Assembly: GCA_002633005.1 (NCBI GenBank)
Contig: NMRA01000440.1
Coordinates: 157,786-221,785, forward strand
Direction: 5' to 3'
Source of the DNA: Phoronis australis
Lineage: Eukaryota > Animalia > Phoronida
DNA: 64,000 bases
Position numbers and translations under genes: made by a program. Shown piece after piece: positions 30,501 through 42,500 of this stretch (position 1 is its first letter; every line of letters begins with the position of its first letter). The notes under the pieces are model-generated. The model saw only the letters and a program-made list of their open reading frames with translations. It did no database searches and was not told the origin of the DNA.

Positions 30501-33500
30501 TTATGTGTTAAGAGAGGTATGAATATTAAACAGGCCTTACGCCACCAATCCATGATCAAGTATCTGTATTTGACATTTAAATCCTGATGAAAAGTATAAG
30601 CGCTAATGGGCGACCTTTCATAATCTAAACAGGCAGTGGTAATCCAATACTCTCCACATCTCAGTAACTGCAGCCAACAACCAGCTGTAGTGCTTACTTA
30701 CTAAACAGTGAAAAACAGCCCGCTAGGTGTCACTACTTGTATATCAATTAACACAACTTTGACAAGAAACAATAGACAAAACTCAACCCTCTCCCTGGGA
30801 TCCCCTCAAACCCTCTTCCTAGTAACATATACACATACACTGTGGCCAGCCAGGTAGGATCTGTATATTTGGCCAGGGAACAAACAACCATAGACAGGCC
30901 AAAAAGGGATATGGGAGTATTCACTCTAAGAAAACATTTCAATTTTCACAGAAAACATCGAGAAGGAAGAGAAAATATTGCCAACATTGTCCAACAGAGG
31001 GAGTCTGGGAATATGAGTGACAACATACTACAATGAGAGTGTGACTGGTAGTACGTAGAACTAACAGACAGTTGGAGGACATCTAGCAGTGACTGTTATT
31101 ACTAACAGGTCATGCACATCACTGGCACACGTCTGACACTTGCACCAACCTACTTAAACTTTCAAAAGTGAAAAATAACAATATTGGCAACAATTATATT
31201 TCTGCCAAACTGAAGTTTTTACAGTCACTTTTCTCTAAGTTGCTGTTCAAAGCTCCTAGTCAGATGGACCATTAGTTATGTCTTTTAATAAAGTAGATCT
31301 AAATTCAATTTGTCCACAAAAGGATGCATTCCTGTCTTTCTAAATTAAAAACAAGCTTACATTAAACTGTAAAACTGCAAACATCCCTGTTTGAAATGGG
31401 TTGTTTAATGGGCCGCAATGGGTGTAGAAAATGTCCCACATGGGTGGCCCCTGATATGGAAATTACCTGCGACTCCTAAACTAGAGTATGAAAGGTTAAA
31501 AAGAGGTCATATACACACCTGGGGGCATTATGTAAGGAGCACTGTGAAGCATTATTACAGGTATGGTAATTCACAGGCTTGATGATGGCTAATGTGACCA
31601 GCATGTAATTATGTAGATCAGTAATATAGCCATAATGGCTGCTACTGTTGTCCACACACTTCACCCTATAACTATCCACACAGGGATTGGTTATTATTTC
31701 CAGGTGATTTTTTAGTTTTCAGAATGACTAAAACACCAGCAATAGTCACTAAAATGGCTCCCCGGTGTTCTGTGGAGAAAACTAATTCTCAAAATGCTGG
31801 GAACCCACTCATTTTGTGCCACCTTACAAAGGCCATTCCTTGTGCAGTACTCTCTCCGATACTGTAGTATTTACCCACAAGGCCGTGCGTCAGTGGGACA
31901 CTGCTGTGGTGATAATTACAACATCACAATTAGTTTCCATGGTTTGCAATGCTGATATCAAACAGGATTAAGCATGCATGGTCTAATCCTCAAGCACGTG
32001 TGGTGTGATCATTAAGCATGTGTGGTGTGATCATTGAGCATGTGTGGTGTGATCATTGAGCATGTGTGGTGTGATCATTGAGCATGTGTGGTGTGATCAT
32101 TGAGCATGTGTGGTGTGATCATTAAGTATACCTGGTGTAATCATTCTTTCCTCACATGTCACCATCAGCTCAGAAGAGCATTAGCCGTCCTACCTTTCCA
32201 CAACTAGGTCAATCACACGATGCATTTTTCTGTCTCCCAACGAGGGGAGTTAAATTCAGAAAGTGGGCATTACACAACATTATGACTGCCAAGCTACTTT
32301 CCAACAAAAGACCATCTGGGGACAGTGGCTGCAAGGAGAAACTGTTGGTGGTTTGGACCAGCTGACACATGTGAATTCAACAATATTATATTCCATTCAT
32401 GTCTAAATAAAACTGTCATTCAAATTATTGGACGTGAAGCTACAATCCAATTTATAATCTTTCTTGGTCAAAATGACTGTAAATCAGTTCAGTGGTCTGA
32501 CACAATAAGTGTCAATGACAAATTAAGAAATCGTTAAATAAAAAAGGTCCTGTGACATTCATGGAACGGAGACCGATGCCATAATTTCATCGCAGTTTAT
32601 CGATTACAATCCCAGCTGAGTAAACAGGAAATCAATGTTGTCACGGTAACAAAAACATTAGAGTTTGATGTATGAACTTTAGAGGTAAAATATACAGTAT
32701 GCTGCCTTGAAGGGTGTGGCGTTTAAAATAATACAGAACTAAAATGTATTAACATCGTTGGCACTTAGGGCTATCAGTTAATAAAATAGCTTATGAAAAG
32801 TACAATTAATTTAGCAAAAACAAAAACCCCACTGGTGAGTGGACAATATTTAGATAGGAAATATGTCACACACTGATTGGCCCTTTTGCATTTGTGATCG
32901 TTGAAGACAATACTTCACGCATTTGTAACCAAAAACTCAATACACTTACAGCAAGAACTCTTTGTATTTGTAACCAAAGGCTCAGTGCACTTACAGCAAG
33001 AACTTTGTATTTTTCCAAGGCTCCTCACCAGGCCCTTATCAGACTTAAAGAGTTCCCACCATGATCCTGTGCCTCAAAAAGAATTTTATTAATGCCTTTA
33101 GTATACCTCTTGCTAAGAAACGAGCCTAAAATTTTTTAAAATATATTTTTCTGTTATCAGGGTTGTACGTAATGGATGGAACACTGTCTCCACGTTGCTG
33201 TTTTTACCAGCGCGATACTAGGGATTTGTGAGGAAATTCCGTGGAGAGCCGCCTTTTTCAGACATGAAAAGGTCCGTTTGTCGAGGCTGTAGCAAAAGCA
33301 ACTTGACTAAGAACGTCTCTGTGTTTAAATTTCCTTAAGTACGTAAAAGTTGCACTGAAATGGCATCGGTTTGTGCACCGCACAAGAGAGTGGAATGTCA
33401 GCCGTGTGGAACATGCCATTCAGTCGGGAGCCGCACTTTGTTTAGCACATTTCAAGGAATCGTGTTTTGACCAAACACAAAAGTTGTGCTACAATGAAAG

Positions 33501-36500
33501 ACTCGCCACCTTGTAAATGTATTTGAAAATTTTATAAATAATGAACAAACTGCTTCCATGCTAGGGCCAGTGATGCCAGGCCCTCGACTCCGGCCCAGAT
33601 AGAGTGCTACTACAAGTAGGCTTATGCATTGTGTTTAGACTGCTCATTCCATCATGGCAATAGTGAATACGGGTAACCCAGGTTTAGTGCGGCCTTTTTC
33701 AGTGATTATTATGAGTCTATTTTGTGAATACTGACCACCCCTTGGTTCAGATGGTTGTGGCTCACATATGTCTACAGAATTTCCATGCTAGTGGATCGAG
33801 TTCATATGGCCTCATAGACAACGAATTAGTTCACTAAGTGGGAAATCGAATTCATTGTCTGATTTTTCAAGTACTTGAGTATGATGCCCGTATCCACCCT
33901 CCTCCGTCTCCATAACAACTGCCCAGTTCTCGCTCAAAATCGTCCTTGTCTTCTGATCTGCTATGTTCCACCATTGCAATTGATTGTCATGTGACCAAAC
34001 GTCTTCCACCCATTACACCATTTGGCAGGAAACTTGGAAATAACTAAGTTTTCTTCAAAATTAAGAAATTCGCGACTATTTAGAATAAAAAGTGCATATT
34101 TAGTTACATTTCATGGTATTCATTTCATATTAGCTAACTGGAACCTCAAAAACTAAGAAAATTCATGGTGAGAACTTTTTAAATTAACCACACACGCCCT
34201 AACTAGAACGCCCTGATCAGTATTAGACGCCCCAAAAAAGCAAGCATTGGTGTTTCTTAACTTGCTGACAGCATCCAAAATAAAAGTTAATGAGAAATGA
34301 TGCAAGATATGACAAGTATGGACGCCCCATTTATGAAATGTTGGATCGACTTGCTGCCCACTTTGTCTTCGACATTCTAAAAAATAATACAGTAGTACAA
34401 CACAAACTTTGCTAACAACCAACTAAAAGCAAAAATTTCAAAAAATTTGAGTTTTTGTTGAGAAATGTGACAAAACCACTGTCTGTCATACATAAATGTT
34501 AATTTAAAATGCCCAATAACACCATTCTCAGGACAAAAGAACTGATAAACGCCATCCACATTATTTACTAGTGACACCTGTAGTCACTGTAGAACGTACA
34601 TTCATTCAGTTGCAGCCATGTTGCCAATGTTAAGTCGCTTGTGACCTATAAAAGGAAAATAGCCAATTGCATTGCAGCTATTAATCATCAAAATCTTTGT
34701 GTCATCATACCAGGCTCTCAGGCTCTAATAAATCCACAACAATCAAATACCTTCATTTTCTCAAACCTGATGTCTTTAATTTATCATTGTCATAGGCAAC
34801 ACTAAGTTGTACATCAAAGAAGTTATGTAACACCCTTTCCTATAAGCTTCAACAAGCAATACAGTAAGGCTACACGTGCAAACTGGACAGATGGTATAAT
34901 TCCTATTCATATTCCCTCTACATTTCACAACAAGCAATACAGTAAGGCTACACGTGCAAACTGGACAGATGGTATAATTCCTATTCATATTCCCTCTACA
35001 TTTCACAACAAGCAATACAGTAAGGCTGCACATGCAAACTGGACAGATGGTATAATTCCTATTCATATTCCCTCTACATTTTTCAACAAGCAATACAGTA
35101 AGGCTACACATGCAAACTGGACAGATGGTATAATTCCTATTCATATTCCCTCTACATTTCACAACAAATCATTGCTAGCAACATATCTTGCTGTACGTTT
35201 GCCGTTCTGGATATACCCAACTTCCACAACAATGAAAATCAGTATCAGAAATATGTCAACACTGCAACATGTTCTCTCCATTTTTATGGACCACACCTTG
35301 TTATTACCAATGTTGTAATAACGCGATGAACGCACCCTTACACTGTAACACTGTCACTTAACACATTTAATCGTTGACGTTAACGATAGTTTTATAGCTG
35401 GTCCTCCAGGAATCCCAATTAAAAATTAATCTCAGATTTTATCGATAAGTGATTTAGATTATTAAACTTGCGTTGCCATGGACACTGGCAACCTAACACA
35501 GCACGTCAAACGAAACACCGGAAGTCCATGAAGACAAAGATGGAAAGCAAGTAGACTAACAGACTAAAGAAATAATTAAGGTTTATGTAGAAACGTAACG
35601 TTTTGTCGGCGTATTTAGCCAAACATCTGCAAAACTAGATTTCAACCCAATAAAGGTATATATTTTCAACCCAATAAAGGTAAATATTTTCAACCCAATA
35701 ATGGTATATATTTTCCAAAAGTAGAAAACTTGTAGAAATTGATTTTTGACTTTATACCAAACAGCAATAAATTGGATGACGTAACTGAGTCTTTTTTGTG
35801 AAATTTAGCAAAAAAAGAAAAGTACGAGCACAGGAAAACAACGGAATCGATAACATGACTAAATTTTGTTCCATATAAATGTTCAAGATGAAATCTCAAT
35901 AATGCTGTTTACGGTTTTCTAAATTATCGCTACGTTTTGGTTTCATGCAACTACTGATTTTTTTTCATAAAAGTCATTCCTTGAAAGCTTCTCGTGCAAA
36001 AATGGAAAATTTTTAAAACAATTCCCAACAGCATTTCTGAGAACAGTGCATAAAGTATGGTGTCTGAAAGTTACGCATGAATCTAATCAGCCACTTCAGA
36101 GAACAGACATAAAGTATGGTGTTTAAAAGGATTGCATTCGTGAATCCTATCAGCCATTTCCGAGATGTAATGTTCCTGTATGTTAATGCAAAATATGGCC
36201 ATTTTTTGAGGGTCCTGCATAACCTTAAAGGTACACTATCGGGCGAACGTGTGAGTACACTGTGATGTAAACTTGATTCCAAGTTGTACGGTAAGGTTTC
36301 TGAACGCATTGTTTACTTTCTCACATTTTCCCTTCTTTAAGGATCCATTTGCATCGTCTAACTAGGTTAATGTAGAACCAGAACTAAATCACATTTAAGC
36401 ATAACCTATACAAAGTGTAGTTATATTTAGTGATAATTTGCAATTATATAACCTTTGCCTTAACGACGTACCTTGGGGGCTCACATAACCCGCATCATGC

Positions 36501-39500
36501 AGTGTTATTCCCTAGCACGTCACCATACTTACTGGACACGGTTGAGTAACTTGCGGCGGATCATTTTCGAAACAACACTCGTTCTTAAAAACATTTGGAA
36601 ATTTTCAACCTACCTCATACTCACATCGTCACTATATGTTGTGCTTCTACTTAATTTGACCAAGCAATCACAAAGCTTGCGAGTTCCACTTTGAGAATTT
36701 GCTAACTGGCCAATTTCACTATATACAAAAAATGTTAAATAGTTTCCCAACCAGGGAATGAACTGCTGCATTATTAAAAAACAGATCATGAAAAGTGCAG
36801 ACTTGCATGTTCATGAAGAGGAAGTAGAGATGTGGTAAGGCCAAGAAACAGTAGTACCTGAGTGAAGACAACACAGTGGAGATGGATCGATGTAGTGCAA
36901 TAGACACTGATCCCCAGAGTCTTAACTGGGATGAGTTAATTAAGAGGGTTATAATTAATATTTCTACAGAGTACAGACATACCGGCTCCAGCAGCCCAGG
37001 CAGCAACTGCCATAGTGTTCATAAAAAGTGATATTCCCTGGCCAGCTCCGTGCCAACATTAAATGGAACAATTCCCTCACTAAAGGAAAAACACGGAGGT
37101 GATGTTGGATGTGGCTGAACTGTTCAGTCAGCAGACAAAGAGGAAATGAAAGGCAAACAAACACTGTACAAAAACAGCAATTGCCAATTTGAGAATGACA
37201 TTTCTAACCAAATAATGCAGAATTGGTTAAACGCACGACACTTTTCATTGTTCACAGTAAACAAGAGTAATATGTGGCGCGACCCTGTTTGCTGCTCATT
37301 CAAAACAGGTCAAAAGCAATTAAAAGGGACTCTAATACTTTCAATCATAGCACATCATGCTCCACGTAGTGAATTGACGTGTTTTCCACAATTTCTTGAC
37401 GGGTGATTTTACATTCGTGACATAGCAGAAAATGATCTTGGATGGCGCCATTTTGAAGATGCACAGATAACCGACGGGAAAGACTGCAAACCGTTTGACC
37501 AATGTAACATTATTTGACGTTTGAACGAAGACATTCATTCATAGGCATGCAGTCTTTCCCGTCGATTATCTATGCATCTTCAAAATGGCGCCATACAAGA
37601 TCATTTTCTGCAATGTCACGAATGTAAAATCACTCGTCAAGAAATTGTGGAAAACACGTCAATTCGCTACGTAGAGCACGATGTGCTATGATTGAAAGTA
37701 TTAGAGTCCCTTTTAATTGCTTTTGACCTGTTTTGAATGAGCAGCAAACAGGATCACGCCACACGTTACTCTTGTTTGCCTGACTTTCCTGTTACCCCAA
37801 TTCTTTAGTCATTCTTTGCAGTATTTCACACCCGCCGTGTCTCACTGTGTATGTCATCAGCTTATGCTCTGTGGTGGTATTACTGCGTCATTTTATCTTC
37901 ACTTGAGAATGAAACAAGTATGTTTCGAAATATCGTGTGTCTTTTAATTATGTCGCTAGGTCAGTTACTTTATCTATGTTCAGTTGAGAGTAGAGTTTTG
38001 TTCCGCAGGTATGAACGTAATGGAATAAAGACTGTGAGCAATGAAAAGTGTCGTGCGTTTAACCAATTCTGTATAACCGAAAACTTGATCCCGAAGTACA
38101 GCCAACCAAATAATGAAAAATAAGAAGAAAGTCATGAAAGATGTCCTCAAAACCAGATGCCCTCAAAACAGTGAAAACAGTTCTATTGCATCAACGGTAA
38201 GGTGGGACGGTGGTGGAAACTTAACACCAAAATATTGACCAATCCAGTGATTGTTTTGCAGCAGGCTCTCCCTCCCTTGTATAATCCAACACTACATGGA
38301 CAACATTTAACAAGATTTGACGGCAACCTTAACTGAAATCCTCTTACCAGAAGCCTAAGCAGGCTTCCTTAATTTTCACAGGAAGCAAACTTGTTTACAC
38401 AACAGAGACTTGAAAGTAGACTTGGGAATCCTCTTCAATACTCAAGTTCACTTGGCACTCAGTCGCTTGTTGATCAATCCAAAGTTAACGTATTTATAAA
38501 TATACAAGTGTTGAAGTCAATATTTGTGCCAGACATCCATGAGCCACTCTCTCACTCAACACTACTTAACCTTTCTTTCAACCACATTTAAGCACAAAGT
38601 TAATTTCCAAAACAAACTTAGACAACTGGTGGAAAACTGTTGCACTAAAATAAAGAAATGAACTACTGGTCATATTGGGCCCACACAAACTTCAATTAAA
38701 TGGATGAAACTCAACTCAGTTTTACTACTGTATGTAGAAACTGTTGGACAACTTGTAATCCTATTCACCATTTGCATACATACAACCATTCCTAAAAAAT
38801 CTTCACATGAAAATAATGGCAAAGTCCAGTTTGATAACATGCTAAATATCTAATTTCTTTGACATGGAATAATTGTGAAATTTGTCATTAGTTCATTTTC
38901 AAATAACAGCTATCTTGCACCTATCACACGCTTTCTTCAATGACAGTTGCTTGGTATAAACAATATTTTGGATAAAGTAAAATACTCCAACGCTTTTGTG
39001 TAACCCTTTAAAAAATCCAAATTTGACAAACATTGTATCTTACAAATGGCTCATCACTCGTTATCAATATCAACTTTGTACCTTACAAATGGCTCATCAC
39101 TCGTTATCAATATCAACTTTGTACCTTACAAATGGCTCATCACTCGTTATCAATATCAACTTTGTACCTTACAAATGGCTCATCACTCGTTATCAATATC
39201 AACTTCGGGATTCTGAACTCAATGCATTGTTTTCCAAAAAACCTTTTAGAAATCATTTTGAAATGTGTCGTGAATTTACCATAATCAGCACATGGGCCAC
39301 CCTCCCAACTTGTTTCTTTTGGTCACTGTAGCTTTGGCATATTTTTACACCAACACAGGGATATGAGGCAGAATGCTTACTCCAAGTTACCAGGCAAACA
39401 CAGGCAGTATAACATAGCGTGGTTTATGAGCCTTCATGCACACGCATAAACCTAGGGAATTATAGGCGCATTGATTTTTAATAAATCAAATGCGAGATTA

Positions 39501-42500
39501 TCTCCACAAGAAATTACAAACACGTCCGTGACAGATGGACGAAGCTTAGAAATGAAAGTATTTTGCACACTATGAGATATGTTGCAGCTGACTCAGTAGC
39601 TTATTAAGATCACTTCCTAAATAAAAGACTTGTGTCATCCAAAATTAGAGGATTTCCATGTTGCTGTAACAACAACGCTGACTCTGAATTATTCAGAGTC
39701 CATACACTGCCTGAGGTGAACTTCATGAGATATCACACAAGGTCAGCCTAGTTTTGTTGTACTGTATAGGTACTTGACTAGAAATTCTCAACCTATGAGT
39801 CACCAGCATCTAAATACCAGTAACAGAATGAAACCTGACATGCTGGTCAAAACAGATGAAAGCCATTGAACCAGGCTAAAGCAGTGTGTACCCAAAGCAT
39901 GTTATGTGTGGCCAGAAATAGGATCCAGGACCAATACCATCTTGAAAACAGCAACTAGTTTGCCACTTTCAGTGAATACAAATCCAAGCAACATACAAAA
40001 GACAACAAAACCTGCCAGTCTCCATTTGTTCAACAATATAACAGGTGGTGTATAAAATCTTGAATTGCACAGTTTTTGAGTAGAAGCAACTCACACTAAG
40101 AATGAAGGAAGTCAAGATCTGTGTTTGCCCAGTAACATGAGTTTCTGTATAGCAATGGCCTATCGGATTTAGTTCGACAGAGACGACAAGACAAAGGCTT
40201 GTGTAAATTTACTCATTCCAACTAAGGGCTGTTCCAGCAAAAAATGTATGGGAGGGGGGAAGGCACTTTCATCTTTTACCGACAGCTTATATTTTTCTTT
40301 TATTTCTTCAACCCATGACCCATAATTTTTAATTAAGTTGAAATATAAAATGCAACACTAGTTGCCTCTAGGATGACCTGTTAAATGCTTAGATGATCCA
40401 AGGACAACAACTAGCTGTCATGTTGAATGTCATCAAGAACTAGCTGTCATGTTGAATGTCATCAAGAACTAGCTGTCATGTTGAATGTCATCAAGAACTA
40501 GCTGTCATGTTGAATGTCATCAAGAACTAGCTGTCATGTTGAATGTCATCAAGAACTAGCTGTCATGTTGAATGTCATCAAGAACTAGCTGTCATGTTGA
40601 ATGTCATCAAGAACTAGCTGTCATGTTGAATGTCATCAAGAACTAGCTGTCATGTTGAATGTCATCAAGAACTAGCTGTCATGTTGAATGTCATCAAGAA
40701 CTAGCTGTCATGTTGAATGTCATCAAGAACTAGCTGTCATGTTGAATGTCATCAAGAACTAGCTGTCATGTTGAATGTCATCAAGAACTAGCTGTCATGT
40801 TGAATGTCATCAAGAACTAGCTGTCATGTTGAATGTCATCAAGAACTAGCTGTCATGTTGAATGTCATCAAGAACTAGCTGTCATGTTGAATGTCATCAA
40901 GAACTAGCTGTCATGTTGAATGTCATCAAGAACTAGCTGTCATGTTGAATGTCATCAAGAACTAGCTGTCATGTTGAATGTCATCAAGAACTAGCTGTCA
41001 TGTTGAATGTCATCAAGAACTAGCTGTCATGTTGAATGTCATCAAGAACTAGCTGTCATGTTGAATGTCATCAAGAACTAGCTGTCATGTTGAATGTCAT
41101 CAAGAACTAGCTGTCATGTTGAATGTCATCAAGAACTAGCTGTCATGTTGAATGTCATCAAGAACTAGCTGTCATGTTGAATGTCATCAAGAACTAGCTG
41201 TCATGTTGAATGTCATCAAGAACTAGCTGTCATGTTGAATGTCATCAAGAACTAGCTGTCATGTTGAATGTCATCAAGAACTAGCTGTCATGTTGAATGT
41301 CATCAAGAACTAGCTGTCATGTTGAATGTCATCAAGAACTAGCTGTCATGTTGAATGTCATCAAGAACTAGCTGTCATGTTGAATGTCATCAAGAACTAG
41401 CTGTCATGTTGAATGTCATCAAGAACTAGCTGTCATGTTGAATGTCATCAAGAACTAGCTGTCATGTTGAATGTCATCAAGAACTAGCTGTCATGTTGAA
41501 TGTCATCAAGAACTAGCTGTCATGTTGAATGTCATCAAGAACTAGCTGTCATGTTGAATGTCATCAAGAACTAGCTGTCATGTTGAATGTCATCAAGAAC
41601 TAGCTGTCATGTTGAATGTCATCAAGAACTAGCTGTCATGTTGAATGTCATCAAGAACTAGCTGTCATGTTGAATGTCATCAAGAACTAGCTGTCATGTT
41701 GAATGTCATCAAGAACTAGCTGTCATGTTGAATGTCATCAAGAACTAGCTGTCATGTTGAATGTCATCAAGAACTAGCTGTCATGTTGAATGTCATCAAG
41801 AACTAGCTGTCATGTTGAATGTCATCAAGAACTAGCTGTCATGTTGAATGTCATCAAGAACTAGCTGTCATGTTGAATGTCATCAAGAACTAGCTGTCAT
41901 GTTGAATGTCATCAAGAACTAGCTGTCATGTTGAATGTCATCAAGAACTAGCTGTCATGTTGAATGTCATCAAGAACTAGCTGTCATGTTGAATGTCATC
42001 AAGAACTAGCTGTCATGTTGAATGTCATCAAGAACTAGCTGTCATGTTGAATGTCATCAAGAACTAGCTGTCATGTTGAATGTCATCAAGAACTAGCTGT
42101 CATGTTGAATGTCATCAAGAACTAGCTGTCATGTTGAATGTCATCAAGAACTAGCTGTCATGTTGAATGTCATCAAGAACTAGCTGTCATGTTGAATGTC
42201 ATCAAGAACTAGCTGTCATGTTGAATGTTGTCAAGAACTAGCTGTCATGTTGGATGTTATCAAGAACTAGCTGTCATGTTGGATGTTATCAAGAACTAGC
42301 TGTCATGTTGGATGTTATCAAGAACTAGCTGTCATGTTGGATGTTATCAAGAACTAGCTGTCATGTTGGATGTTATCAAGAACTAGCTGTCATGTTGGAT
42401 GTTATCAAGAACTAGCTGTCATGTTGGATGTTATCAAGAACTAGCTGTCATGTTGGATGTTATCAAGAACTAGCTGTCATGTTGGATGTTATCAAGAACT

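Noticed and set aside
34776-35162. Cys-rich repeat ORF resembling a zinc finger (CPVC)
   Set aside because: It is a translation of a 78-bp tandem repeat with no splice or domain support.
36982-37125. Possible extra minus-strand exon with ag/gtatgt boundaries
   Set aside because: The open frame is not phase-compatible with the host intron and has no recognisable motif.
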